From the NCBI GenBank assembly GCA_013265495.1, contig MU057930.1, positions 1,008,057 through 1,072,056 on the forward strand: 64,000 nt of DNA, in the 5' to 3' direction. The notes beneath the pieces are model-generated. The model saw nothing but the letters and a program-made list of their open reading frames with translations, was not told the DNA's origin and searched no databases. Positions 12,111 to 25,670 of the stretch are shown here, piece after piece. A program made the position numbers and the translations under genes. Source of the DNA: Vicugna vicugna. Lineage: Eukaryota. Each line of letters starts with the position of its first letter. Position 1 is the first letter of the stretch.

Positions 12111-12439
12111 GGAGGGGGAGGGGCAGCCATCATCACCAACTTATTATATTCTCATGAGAAAACATATTCATTTTTATTTTTCAGCCAAGTGGGCATTTTC
12201 TTCATATATGCTGGGAAAAAAGAGAGATTTTAATTTAATTTAAGGACCATCTTTATTAAAGTTGGATCAATAATTTTATCATCCATTGAAAGATGAGAAG
12301 GAACCAATGAGAGTTTATCATCCAAATGCTTCCTCTGTCAAGAGTTACAACAAATAAACAAAAATTTAGGAGACGTACCACAGGCAGCTTGCTGAACGAG
12401 AGGCTTTGAAATATCTGCAATAGTCACTGTCAAGATGAC

Positions 12440-13180
12440 ACATCCTGAGGGGAAACACAGGTCAAAACAACAACAAGAAACCTCTTCACACACACACACA
12501 CACAGTACAGTCAGAAAGACAGTGCTGGAGAAGATGAGAGGAGTCTGGAAGCACTGCCCATCTCTGGCAAAAATGTAACGTGGCACACCTGTTCTGGAAA
12601 ACGATCAGGTACTTCCTCCAGTAGTGAAACACGGTGCGGGCATCTGACCTGACAAATCTACTCCTAGGCACACTTCCGAGAGAAACGAAGACACATCTAC
12701 ACAAAACCTTGCACACGCTTGTTCATGGCATCTTTCATGCATAATAGCTAAAAAAAAAGTGGAGAGTACCCAATGTCTGTCAACATAAATGCATAAATAA
12801 AATGTAGTCTCTCCACACAATGAAACAACTCAACACTTCAACAGAGCCCTGGCACGTGCTGCAGGATGCACGAACTCGATGTGACATAAAATGAGCCACT
12901 CAACAAAAAGTCATAGTGTATGATTCCACTGGCATGAAATGTGCAGAATAGGCAAATCTATAGCAAGAAAGTAGAAATGGGTGGCGGGCTGGGGGAGGCT
13001 GGCGAGCAGGGTTAGGAGGTCATTGCTAAGGGATGTGGGGTTTCTTTTTAAGGTAATGAAAATATTCTGAAGTGGATAATGGCTGCACAAATCTGCGAAA
13101 ATGCTAAAAAAAACTGAATGGACACTTCAAATGGGTGAAATGTATGGTATGTCAATTATGCTTCAAAGGAGTTGAAATAC
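12440..13180 (+). mobile_element. Older L1 (L1MB/ME-like) 3' end
   Basis: ctactcctagg..acacatctacacaaaacctt..tgtatgattccact..aataggcaaatctatag..aaatgggtgaaatgtatggtatg. Confidence 0.75.
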
Positions 13181-14104
13181 ATTTTTTGAAAGTGGATACA
13201 AACATACAGACAGAAGTGAGGAGAGGGCTGACTTACAAAGACAGATGCAGGCTTCTCAGACTGTTTATGAACCTGCTCCCTCAGCTCTGAATCTATTGTC
13301 CTAGGAGGAAAGAGAACACTCTCCCAGTGTCGGTTAGTAATCCCGACATTAACGAGGTTGATGAATTAAAAGGAAATTTTTTAAAAAATTGCATGATCAG
13401 TCCTAAAATTTTAGCAGGTCAGAAGTGTATGCCCACAAGAGGTAGGAAAAAAGAATTCAGTAGGCATTCTTCCCAGCACACTAGCACGACTTATACTTAA
13501 GTTTAAGCCACAACAGGCAATAAAACATCCCTAGTCAGACTCTATTTCTGAACGTGACATGCAAGGATAGTGCAATGCAACAAATAAAATGAAACAAATC
13601 GAGCTGGAGGAAGACCATAATTGTTTACTTCCTTCTGCACCCCTTCTAAATTAATTAACAGAAAGTATGTTTTCTGTAAAATGGAGTAAGTGCAAGAAAG
13701 CTAGTGACACAAGACCCAGAGTATAAAAAGTGTATGACACCAAGACGTGGCAGGAAAGACTGTTTATTGAAACCCTCAAAGGCAGCACACTGCAGGGGAA
13801 CGTTTTAAAGAAAGAAAGAAAACATCACGGAGCCGCTGGAAATAGAAGTATATTCCTCAGACCTGAGAAAATGAAGACCAAAGTGCAGAGAAGAAATGGG
13901 GTTCTGGAGTGGGAAGTGTCTCTCTGCATGTCTACAGCTACCGACCCCAGTAACACAAACGCTGGTCTGGATATGAGAAGAGGATGGGGACTATCCTGTG
14001 GTCCAAGAAGGTCAGGAATTCAAAAGCCACCTCCAACGACTAAGACTCCCAAATGCATTTGCATTTGCAGAAAATGAAGAGTTTGCAAGGCAGATCTTTT
14101 GCTG

Positions 14105-14425
14105 CTTTGTTTTTAATGGCGCTACAGTGGCCAGAAAATACTATGTAAGTTACAGGTGTACAATATACTGATTCACATGTTTTGATGGTTATAGTCCATT
14201 TATACTTATTACAAAATATTGGCTATATTCCCCCATGCTGTACAATATATCCTTTATGGTATTTTATACCTAATAGTTTACACCTCTTAACCCGCTCCCC
14301 CTAGTTGCCCCTCCCCGTTTCCCTCTCCCCACTAGTTTGTTCTCTGTGTCTGTGTGCCTAACGCTTTTTTGTTACATTCACTAGTTTGTTGCATTTTTTC
14401 AGATTCCATGTATCAGTGATACCAG
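14105..14425 (-). mobile_element. L1 3' end
   Basis: Reverse L1 3'UTR (caggtgtacaatatactgattc...tagtttgttctctgtgtctgtg...agattccatgtatcagtgata). Confidence 0.8.
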
Positions 14426-14839
14426 AGGGACATCTTGTTCACAAAGTGCACTGTTGAGAATAATTGCCAATGTGACCACTGGCTATGGATGGAGTCAACT
14501 GGATGGATGAAGGGATGAATGAGGAAACAGAGTCTCCCCTACATACTTCCACCAGAATCCTTTTCCCCGTGTGTCTTTGCAACCATTCATTCATTCCATT
14601 TGCTTGCCCGAATACCCTAAGTGGAAACCATCGTTTAAAATAGTTCTAAATTGGTTGTGCCTCCCAAGGCTTGGTAGAAACACATAGACCTTCTCTTTAG
14701 AGGTTAGTACTTTCAATGGAACCCTCAAAGAATTCCTGCACATGGTTTCAAGGACACCAACCCATCTAAACAGCCCCACACACAAAAACAAAACAAAACA
14801 AACAAAACAAAACGAAACAAATCTAAACGCTCAAGAAAA

Positions 14840-16700
14840 AGAGCCACCATGAGAGAAGAAATTGCTCACACAAAAGCAATGGGGACCCTAAAAGTCAGAG
14901 TGGAAAAGAAGTGGATGTAAAATATTGGAAAAAATACACATGGAGAAATACAACGAAGAAACAAGTGACTGTCACAGTCCTGCCCACAGACTTGCAAAAT
15001 GGTTGACTTGAAGAGACATTAGCTAGATGATACAGAAATACCTGAGAAAGAGTGATGAAAAAAAAAAAAACAAGAAAAAAACCCAACAAGTAAAAAGGAA
15101 AGTAGGAAAGAGGTGTTAAAAACCACAGGGGAAAAAAGGGTGCGAACTCACTGCCTTTATGTAATTAGAGTTTCATACAGAGATGACAGATTGGGAGAGG
15201 CAATAGCAAAGGCATAATAATTCACGAATTTTCAAGACGAGAAGCAAGGCGCCATTGCCTAGATGGGGGCACAACCTACCTGGGACAGAATACATTTAAA
15301 ACAAATTGAAGCCAAGCTGTGTCATAGTCCAAGAACCAAAGAAGACTGAACACAGCTGTCGAGCTCCAGAAAGAAGAGGCAGATGGAACAAAAACTAGAC
15401 ACTCTTCGGGCGTCTCATGCAGACTAGTAGCCACTGGAATTAGACGTGCCTGCAGAGCTCTGACAATGACGGGAGGGTTGGACTTCTAGAGAAACGCCTT
15501 GCAAGGCTACCAGTGAAGTAAGGGTACTTTTAGACGACTGTGCTTACAACAGAGCTTCCATAAGTGAACGCTAAGGTGTACGTTAAAGAAAGACAAGAAT
15601 GCACTTGAAGACGCATGCATAAAATGCGGGAAGTGATGCTGGGGGTGGGGAGTCGATGGGGACGAAGAAGCCAGCATGGGGGAAAAATCTAAGGAAAGAT
15701 AGATGATTGTATAAAACGGTGTACACGAAGGGATTAGAAAATCCTTCATATCCGCCCTATGCTGGTTGCAACCGCGTAACACTTGGGGACTTGGTTACAG
15801 TTGACGGACATGAACAAGGAAAACGTTAATTTAGGACTTCATGAAAGTGTCTAGAGACATCACTAAAATGCTACCTAGAGAGTATATACATTCTGGAAAT
15901 GTAACAAAGGAAACGGGAGACCAGTTCAAAGGCATCAAAGAGAGGAGAATGGTGATGGGAGAGGACCCATGTAAGATGCAAAAAATTAACATGACAAATG
16001 TACCCAAGTCATCACAAATGCTACTCAAATCAATCTCCCTTTTCAAAGATACAATCTGGAAGATTGGATTTAAAAAAAAAAAAAACAACTCTATGTTGTT
16101 TATAGGAAACGACATGTAAGAACAAACTAGATGGAAAACAAAAGGTCAAACACCTGCAATGGACAGACACAGAATAGACAGAACTCTGTTGATATTGGAC
16201 AGAATGGACTTGACATCACAAAGGATTAATCCATTTAAAGAGGGTCACTATTTGTGGAACACAAACCTATGGTTACCAAAGGGGAAAGGGTGGAGGGATA
16301 AATTAGGAGTCTGGGATGAGCAGCTACACACTGCTATCTGTAAGATACATAAACAACAAGGTCCTTCTGTAGAGCAAAGGGAACTGTGGTCAGAATCTTG
16401 TAATAACCTTTAATGGAAACGAATCTTAAAAATCTACGTGACTGAATCATTTTGCTGCACACTGGAAACGAATACAATGCTGTAAACCAACTTCAACAAC
16501 AATTAAAAAATAAATAAAGAGGGTCACTACCTAGTGATAAGCTCGCTTCTCCAGGAGGACATAACAAGTCTAAACGTGTTCATACTTATTAATTAGCACC
16601 GCATCCATCTTTAAAGCACACTGGGCAGAAGAACAGAGACAAACTGAGCGATCCATAACCACAGTGAGGTAACTTTCAGCTCACAGCGCCTGGCAGAGCA
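14840..16700 (+). mobile_element. Highly decayed old L1 (ORF1 region to endonuclease start)
   Basis: A-rich strand; attggatttaaaaaa..caactctatgttgtttataggaaac is the EN-domain start; taattagagtttc is ORF1-like. Confidence 0.55.
16251..16514 (+). mobile_element. Short L1 3'UTR insertion with 15-bp TSD
   Basis: TSD TAAAGAGGGTCACTA at 16236-16250 and 16515-16529; A-rich tail. Confidence 0.9.
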
Positions 16701-17869
16701 AGCAGACCACATTGAGAGAAAATGTGGAGTGTTTGTGTGATACAGTTGACGCACGAGTGCATTCCTAAAGGGCACCGTAGCCCCTGAGCACCCCACAAAT
16801 GGAGACGGTCATCTTTGAGTCCCATGGGACTTTAAACGCAAAATGAACACGTATAAATTTATCCAGTGAGCCTACATTTGAAGCTGTTATAAAACATTAT
16901 TTTAAAAAATTAATCACCTTGCTCCTCAGTAGCCAGTAGGCCAATGACAGCATGGCCATTTACATTAAAAAACACTGGATGACGATGGAAATGATACAGC
17001 TTGAAATTAAATTCGGCTACATTCAAACTGAGAATAAGCAGGTGGAAACCAAGCGTCCCACTTACAGAAGTTCTTTGCAAGAACTTTAACTGACCGAGCA
17101 TTAGAATCCAGGATCCATAGATGTATCCTGTATCCACCCATGTAGCCACCAATTGGAAAGCGTTAAAAAAAAAAAAGTATAGAAAAATTGATTAGCAAGT
17201 TTTAGGGGATTGCAGTGACCGATGACTATCTGCTTTGTGCTAATTTGATTGAAACAAACCCAACACTTGGAATTTTCCATCCCTCTTGCATTTCTGAACA
17301 GTCCCATTGCTTTCTGAAACTCATGGCAATAAATGTGTTTGCTCTGAATGCCACACGTGTTTCAAGGGGACACATTTTTATTTTCTGTTTGCCATTATTT
17401 CTATGCTGCCTCAGATTAATGCAGTTCTCTCTGCTATCTCTCGGTCTGCACAGCGCCAGTCCCCAACTGGTCATGGTTTTCCCTTTAAACTTTCTGAATT
17501 ATTTACTTCATCTCTCCTTGTTTCACGGCTGGATTTACTCACTCTTTTCTTAAATGAAATCATTCTCTGTTTTTATAGGTGATTGCAGCCAATTCGTTTC
17601 CATCACCATGAGTGATACGTACAGGGCTACTTGCGGAATCTTGACTTAATGCATTCAACGTGATCTTATTGATGTTACGATATGTAGCTTTTCATAGTAA
17701 AACATCACACATACCCACACATATGTAACACACGTGCACACACACCTGCAAACACACAGTATATATGCGTGTGTATAAACATACACACGCATATATGCAC
17801 ACACACACCCATCTATAAATATGATTTAACTCTTTCTGAAGTGATACCCATTTACCTTTTTCTAAAAAT

Positions 17870-18425
17870 ATATTCACGCCTTCTGCCCACTTTTTAATTT
17901 AGCTGGGTTTTCTTGATATTGTATGAGCTGTCTCTCTATGTTGGGTTAATATTAATTCATTATTAATCATAGCATTTCCAAGTATTCTCTCCTGTTCCCT
18001 AGGCTTTTTCCTTTGCTGTGCAAAAGCTTTTAAGTTTCATTAGGTCCCATTTATTTTTTTCCCTTTTGTTTTCTTTCTTTCAGTGACAGATGAAAAAAAA
18101 AAACTATTGCTACAATTTATATCAAAGAGTGTTCTACGAGTTCTTCTAACAGTTTTATACTTTCTAATCTTACATTTAAGCCTTTAGTCCTTTTTGACGG
18201 GTTTTTCTTTTTTGGTATACGTTGTGATAAAGCTGTCCCATTTTACTCTTTTCCGTGGAGCTGTCCATCTTTCCCAGCACCACTTACTGAAGATGCTGTC
18301 TTTTCTTCATTGTATCTTCTTGCCTCCTTTGTCAAAGATTAATTGACCATAGGTGTGTGACTTTATTTCTGTTCCATTGATCTGTGTGTCTGTTTTTGTG
18401 CCAGGAACCATGCTGTTTTGATGTC
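17870..18425 (-). mobile_element. L1 ORF2 fragment
   Basis: Minus ORF ..KSHTYGQLIFDKGGKKIQ; tttcctttgctgtgcaaaagcttttaagttt. Confidence 0.8.
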
Positions 18426-19424
18426 TATACATTTGCTGGGATTGAAAAAAAAAAAGCATACAAATGGCCACATTGTACAAAAGGAGATGGATATTAGCTA
18501 CCACACTCCCTGACTTCAGATGCCCACTGACTCTCATAAAATGTGAACATTACTACACCTTTTCTCATCTCAGTTTTCTATCTCCCACTTATTGTGTTTT
18601 ATTGGTTTAAAAAAAGGTGTTTTATACATTGTTCGTAATATTTAAGTGTTTTTCACTGTGTATCTTCCAAAAGACGCTTGCATCATGTTTCTGTAACGAC
18701 ACAGCTATTCTGTGAGAATCTAATCTTTTGCTCCATATTTCATATCAGCAACGTCAGAAATGTTCCTCTTGCCCTGCTCTGTCTAGTTATTTTTTTTATC
18801 TTTCTGTGGTCCATTTCTCCTTTCACAGTTTCAGTGTTACCTTCAGTTTTCTTTGAATAGGGCAAGTAGCTCCTTCCCGGTATTTATCACAGCTTTTTGA
18901 ATAGAGTATTTTCCCAAAGCAGCACTCTGTCTGCAGCCTAAGGGCTAAGTGTCCTATTTAAGTATGACTTTCTTTCTTTTTTTACCCCCCTAGTCGCAGG
19001 TCACTTAAAAATATATGTTATTGTTCATTTGTTTCTGGGTGTTAGCATTTTGGAACTTGTAAGGAAGAGCAAAGGGGGAAATGATTTCTAGTGGAACCCC
19101 AGCCCCATGTATGACTAGCCTGTCAAAGAAGCAAGGTACTGAACCCCTGTGTGCCTCGGTGAGATGGGTGTCTGACCAGTACCAACTGCAGACAGCCGAT
19201 TCCAACAGTACAGAGGGTAACAGCTGGTGCCCACTTTGGATGTGAGGCCTTAGCGGTCACATCCATTTCTCTGTCTAGCTTTGCACTTCTGCCTTTCTGC
19301 AACTATTCCTGCATCAGAGAAATATAATTCATGTATCATTTTTTTCCCCTCCTTTCTAAGAGGTTTTTTTCACCACCAGTGGATGCTTAAATAAAACATT
19401 ATTTGTTCTGGATATGAACAAATT

Positions 19425-20090
19425 AAGATCTAAAGATAAAACTAAAAAGAGAGTTACCTTTTGACTGATCCAGCAATCCCACTCCTGGGCATATATCCAA
19501 AGGGACCTCTAGTTCAAAAAAATACATGCACCCCAGTGTTCATAGTACCACTATTTACAATAGCCAGGACACGGAAGCAACCTAAATGTCCATTGACAGA
19601 TGACTGGATAAAGAAGCTGTGGTATATTTATACAATGGAATACTACTCAGCCATAAAAAAGAATAAAATAACACCATTTGCTGCACCACGTATGGACCGG
19701 GAGATCATCATTCTAAGTGAAGTCAGTCAGAGAAATACAGACATCGTATGATATCACATATGTAGAATCCAAAAGTTAGTACAAATGACCTCATTGATAA
19801 AGCAGAAACAGACTCACACACATAGATAACAAACTATGGTTACCAGCAGGGGAAGAGGGGAGGGATAAATTGGAAGCTTGGGATTAACAGACACAAAATA
19901 CTATAAATAAAATAGATAAACAACAAGGTCCTACTGTACAGTTGCATGAACTAACTTCAATATCTTGTAATAACCTATAATGAAAAATATGAGAAGAAAT
20001 ATATATATGTGCACAACCAAATCACTATGCTGTACACCAGAAACTAGCACAATGTTGTAAATTGACTATACTTCCATTAAACAAATAAAG
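19425..20090 (+). mobile_element. L1 3' end (ORF2 C-terminus and 3'UTR)
   Basis: ORF DPAIPLLGIYPK..KQPKCPLTDDWIKKLWYIYTMEYYSAIKKN; 3'UTR and A-rich tail. Confidence 0.9.
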
Positions 20091-20534
20091 CTATATATTT
20101 TTTTCCAATATTTTAATTGGTTCTTGGTGATCCCTTAATCAGCTAAACAAAGGTGTGATTTTGATTCAAGCATCTCCCATCCCACTGTCTGAAGTGCCAT
20201 CTTCAGGACCACCTGTGGTGGACACTTGAGATGAATGGCATCAGAAAGCAGCCTTGATTTGCTGTGTGTGGCTCCTTCTCTCTCAGTCCGTGGTTCGCCA
20301 TAGCATCTCACCATGCACCTCCCACTCCATGGAGTCTAGGTTATCTTCTGCTTTCCTGACCCCCGCAGGAAGAGCCATCCAGAATTTACTGCTCTTCCCT
20401 GCATGAAATATCTTCCCAATGACCCTCTTTCTCTGCCACTGAATTACAAAGACAACTTCTCTACCAAACATACGTGTTCTTAAAGTTTCTCTTGTTTAAC
20501 ATATTTGCTTTGTCAAGATGGTCTTTATCTGGTG

Positions 20535-21240
20535 TATTTTTAAAAACTGATAAACGGTTTACAACGTGTTAGTTTCTGGTGGATGGCAAAGTGACTCAGT
20601 TATACATATATGCTCTTTCATATTCTTTTTCATTATAGTGTTACCAAGTCCAAACTCATTCTGCTTGCTGCACGACAGGCTAGTAAATAGGGAGACAAGG
20701 TTTTGGGGCAAGGAATAGCGACTTTATTTGGAAAGCCGACAGACCAAGAGGATGGCGGACTAATGTCCTGGAGAACCATCCTACTCCAGTCAGAATTCAG
20801 GCTCCTTTTATACAAAAAACAGGGATGGAGTGGGTGTGGTTGGTTGTTACAAACTTCTTGGAGCAGGAATTCTTTGTTCTTGCAGCTGCCTGCCTGGGCC
20901 AGGTCAGGGTGTCCCTGTAAACCTCCAACAAAACAAAGGTTATTCTCTATTTTGCAACTTGTTATCTTTATATAAGCGCAGACCTGTTGACATCCTTAAA
21001 GGCCAGAGCCCCGGGAACAGGTGGTCCTGGGTATTTCAGGCGAAAGGCAACACTGTTTTACAAAAGGTGCAGCGCTAACAAGACTAAACCCAGAAAAAGG
21101 GGCACAGTGGTTAAAACCAAAGGAACAGATCCAATATGGAGTCAGCTCCGTTCTCTATCACAATAGGTTATTATGGGATCATGAATGTGGTTCCCTGTGC
21201 TGCACAGTAGGACCTTGTTGTTTATCAATATATTTGCTTA
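20535..21240 (-). mobile_element. L1 3' terminal fragment split by an LTR insertion
   Basis: ..tattctttttcattatag | ataggttattatggg..ggttccctgtgctgcacagtaggaccttg rejoin across the LTR. Confidence 0.75.
20639..21162 (-). mobile_element. ERV1-type solo LTR
   Basis: TG...CA termini, 4-bp TSD ATAG (20635-20638 / 21163-21166), AATAAA on minus near 20725. Confidence 0.88.
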
Positions 21241-24200
21241 TTTTCATTTAAAGCACATATGGTTTGTTCAAGTCAGTTTTCCCAATTTGTAGAATACGGG
21301 TGCTCTGAAAAATAACTGAATCAGCACATACGTGATGTTTACAACAGAGCCCGGCATGTGCTCAGCTCCAGGGTCTCCCCTGGGGGGCTACAGATCACTG
21401 AAGTTCATGTCATTAGCCACCAAGCCGCCGCTGGAATCTTCCAGGGATGGGAGAACCCACCCAGCAGAGAGTGTCCTTTTACTGTAGTTTTGGAATTCTC
21501 TGCTTTCAGTGAAGCAGTCAGGCCCTTAGCCATCCTCCCACAGACAGAGTTTATGGAGAGTCACAAGATGCTCTGAGCAGTCAAGAACTGTCCTCTGCTT
21601 TGGAAATCCTGAAGCTTATGCAGATGATGGTACGTGCCTTGGAATCTGATGTGGTGGTGACAGTGAATTTGAAGAGAGCCAATTAGGGGGATCCTTAAAA
21701 GCTTGGGAGCAGAAATGGCAGCGTCAAACTCCAGCATTACTGGCACCCGTGGTTTGTCGACGGCAATCCCTGGGGTGCAGAGTTGGGACTGTTTCAGGGG
21801 GAAGAGCTGCAAAAGCTGATTTTTGTAAGCCCTCTGTGACCAGGAATCAAAGAGCCACTGGAAACGAAGGGATGGCTCCCGAGAGACAATTGCAAAGCAT
21901 CCCACTGGACCTCCCCTCAGTGTGTCCCCAGCGGCAAGACAAATAGGAAACAACCTGAAACTTCTTTTACACAGAGGACGATGATCTCAAGTCGGTTCCT
22001 GCTGTTTCGCTCTGTTTTCACCAAAGATGCGAGACTCTTGAGGCATTTCAATGCTACTTGTCCTGGAGAGCCAGCCCACGAGATGTTCTACGAGGTACAT
22101 CCACTCTACCGCCTGAACTTCTTGAGAGATGAACCCAGACCCGACAGACCTTTGCCGTTCCCACAGCCCTTTGCCCAGTGCCATGGACGGTACGGTCCAT
22201 CACGATGGAACCAGCCCCGGCTGATGTCCCAGGGAGCAGAGAGATGTCTGAGAGAGTGCCAGGCAAGTACCATCCATGCGTCCATTTGAAAGTCCATGGG
22301 AAACTGCCGTTAGTAAGTGATGGAACAAAAGCAACATTCTAAAAGGTCGGAGAAGAAAACTGGAAATGGAAAACTGTTTACCGATAATGCACAGAATGGA
22401 AATCAGTGGATGAAACCATGCTGTTGAGTTCTGCTTACAATTTAGTTGCACATAAAAGAACAGATTTTTTTTCTTTTTGGCTCAGTCGGATGCATGCCTT
22501 TGGCGTTTCCCATCTCCTAGGGTGCAGGGAGGGGAGGGAAAGGGACGCTGGCAGAGGTGTTCCATTGTGAGGTGCTAGTTCCTCCAAGCGAACATTAATT
22601 TTCCTCTTCCTTCTTCTCTTTCAAAAGCGACATTTTTTCCCCCCAGGAGTCCTCTCTGGGTCGGGGATCTAGTGAGAAAAAATGGGAAAAATTCAGCCTT
22701 CTGACAAAGTCATGGTTTGGGGGGGGGTGACACAGACAAGCTGGTTTGGGTGCATGTTAGCGAGAGATGTTTCCCTCAGCAAAGAGCTACGTGGCGCAGC
22801 AGCACCTTCTTGGAATATTTAAGGATATTAAACCTGGCTTTAAAATGCTAATAATAATTGCCAGTGTAAACCACGTGTCTAAAAAGTTCTAGAGGAGGTG
22901 GGTTGTGTACATGGCTTTCTTACGAATGTGTCACAAAGCCAGATGCCTCTGTGAGCAATAGTAGCTACTAAACCGGTGAATACATGACTCATACACATTA
23001 AATATAATGAGTAGGTATGTACACACACACGCCTATACTCCATACAACGATTTTCTGGAAGGAGAATCAGCTAGACCTTTAAAGCAACAGAATCCTTTGC
23101 TGACACTGAAATCATTATTTCATTGCATATAAAGGGATGACCCATTCGGTTCCCCTTAGCTGCACTTTCGTGAGCCCTTAAAAAAGTGTTTTGTGGCAGC
23201 AGTAGAGAGGAATCAATATAGGCGTGTCCTTAAATTGATGGAATTCTTTTTCTTTCCATCTGCATTTTCACACAGGTGCATTTGCAACATGGCGGGAGGA
23301 GGACACGAGTGTGGAAGGGGAGAGACGGTGGCCGTGCACCCAGAGCCCTTACCCCGCGAGGCAGTGAAGCCCTGTTACCAGGTGACACTCTTCCTCTGCT
23401 AACGCTGCTAGGGCCTTTTTTTTTTAATCAATGCACACGCATTTTTAAGCTTCTCACTGTATTCCTGATCGTGGTCGCTAAGTGTGCTTCCATTTATGAC
23501 TTTGATGTCAGTGTGACTGAATTCGGCACTCAGGCTGGTAAGAGCAGAAGGGAAAGGAAGAAACCCAGATCATTGCCTTTTATTCCCCCCTAACTCTGGC
23601 CCATGACTGCGAACCTGGTTCCCGCTCTCCTCTGCCAAAAACGAGCCTATTTTGTCCGACTATGAAACTGCCCTGTTCCAAAGCAGAAACGTTCGCGTGT
23701 CGGGGATTTTGTTAACAGATGCAGATCTGGGCCCGTTCCCTTTAAAGAGGAGGCAGCAGAGGCTCATTCACGCCTACGTTGATCTACGTCTCAGAACTGG
23801 TCATGAACTCATTTATTCATTTCATCAAACAATACCTGCATGTGCCAGGAATCGAATTAGGAGCTGGCAGCGTACAGAGGGAACGTGCTCCTAAAAAGGC
23901 TGTAAATGCACGTCCAAGGTGGGGGTCGTCTGGTATAAGGTGGCCCTAAGACAGCATTTGCAGTGCCTATGCTTTTTTTATTACTGTTTTTTTCTCCTGT
24001 ATCTTTACCATCCCTGGCAAACCTCCTTTTCCTCCTGCCCCCGGCATCCTTCATCCCAGGAGCAGTGCTGCCCTTTCCTGGCTCAGTCTGCCCGTGGACG
24101 TGCTGCTGGAGGGGTCGCGGCTGGCCATGAGCCCGACACTCCTCCTCTGCACCCCGTCAGCCTGTGTCGCTCTGGGGGCCACCGCCTTCTAGTGAATGCA

Positions 24201-24817
24201 TGGACATCCTCCATCCGCTACACAAAACCCAGCCAGACTTGCTCTTTCTTATCTAGGCACCAGAACACCTCTCCGTAAGGATAGTTGGGAAATTCTCGAC
24301 CCCCGTGACCCCCACAGAAATAGTCTGCTCGGCGCCAGGTGTGTGAGGTCAAGTCGCTTTGCCTGGACGGTCCCTCCGTCCCCAGCCTCCGGTTCTCAGC
24401 ACGCTCCCAACCCGAGTCGCGAACAATCAGAAGTCACCCCCTTAGACTGACAGCACAGATTACAGGTGACAGAGCAAATCAATGAAGGGCGGGGCGGGGG
24501 TGCGTTGGCCCGAGGGCAGGGATGTAGCAGGATCCCGGTCACGGCATGGATTTGAGCGCGTGAACATGTACACCTGCTCTTGGCTGCCTTCTAGGTGGTT
24601 TGTCTCCAGTGTGGTTGGACTGGTCCTGTTCGGAACGCCTCGTGCTCATATTAACTAGAGAATCTAAGTACATAGAAGTAGGAAATAAAAGAATGCATGT
24701 GCAGTGTACATATGCGTGTCTGTTTATAATTTGTACATATATATTTACCTTAAATTACGATATGCTCATGGCCTGAGAAATTTGCAGCTCGAACATGGCT
24801 ATAAAAAGGACATGCAC

Positions 24818-25066
24818 GCAGGTGCCCTCATAAGACGGGGAGTTCAGACACAGACGGAGAAGACAGCGTCGTGACTATCCTGATGGATCAACAGACCAAG
24901 GAGCACCGAAAATTGCCAGCAACACCAGGAGTTAGCACGGGCGAGAAGAGGTTCTCCACTTGAGCCATCAGACAGAGCATGGCTCTGCCACTGCTTTGAT
25001 CATGGACTTCCAGCCTCCAGGATTGTGAGGCAATACATGTCTGTTTCAAGCCAAAAAAAAAAAAAA
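24818..25066 (+). mobile_element. MLT1 (ERVL-MaLR) LTR 3' fragment ending in an A14 tract
   Basis: gccagcaacaccagga..gcatggctctgcc..ggacttccagcctccaggattgtgag..aagcc(A)n. Confidence 0.8.
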
Positions 25067-25123
25067 GGGATACATGTATGTGTGTCCATGTAAGTACCTA
25101 CACATACATACATGTGTGTGTAC

Positions 25124-25223
25124 AAATATATTTGTTCTTGTGACATGTGAAGGTATAATTTTTATACACATTTATATTATGATTGCAATTATACCTTTGC
25201 ATGTCACAAGGACAAATATGTTT
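25124..25223 (+). other. Inverted repeat: 37-bp stem, 26-nt loop
   Basis: 25124-25160 pairs with 25187-25223: 33 Watson-Crick and 4 G-U pairs. Confidence 0.85.
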
Positions 25224-25403
25224 AAGTGAACTAACCTACATTATAACGTCATTTAAGTCATTGTGATACATATATGTATGGTACATACACAATTATGTCT
25301 TTACACGTGACAATAATGGATGTATTGAAATGAACCAACTTAAATTACAGAAGAATTTAAATAATGATTCAAATACATGTGTTTCATATATACATTCAGG
25401 TAA

Positions 25404-25670
25404 CAATAACAAATTAAACTATGTAACTTAAATAATTATGGTATATATATATACAGACATACTCACAGGATGGTCTCTGCATGGAGCAATAACAAATTCA
25501 TGTGTGATGTAATTTAAATAATTACAATACATACACACATACATACACCCACACAATGCTCTCCTTGCCTGTAACAGTAACAAATTATGATGTAATTTAA
25601 ATAATTATGATAATCCGTATAGACACACATATACTCACACAATGGTCTCCTCTGCACGTAACAGTGACAA
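25404..25670. repeat. Diverged tandem repeat, 3 copies of ~85 bp
   Basis: Recurrent aataacaaatt..atgtaatttaaataatta..actcacacaatggtctc..gtaac units. Confidence 0.75.
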
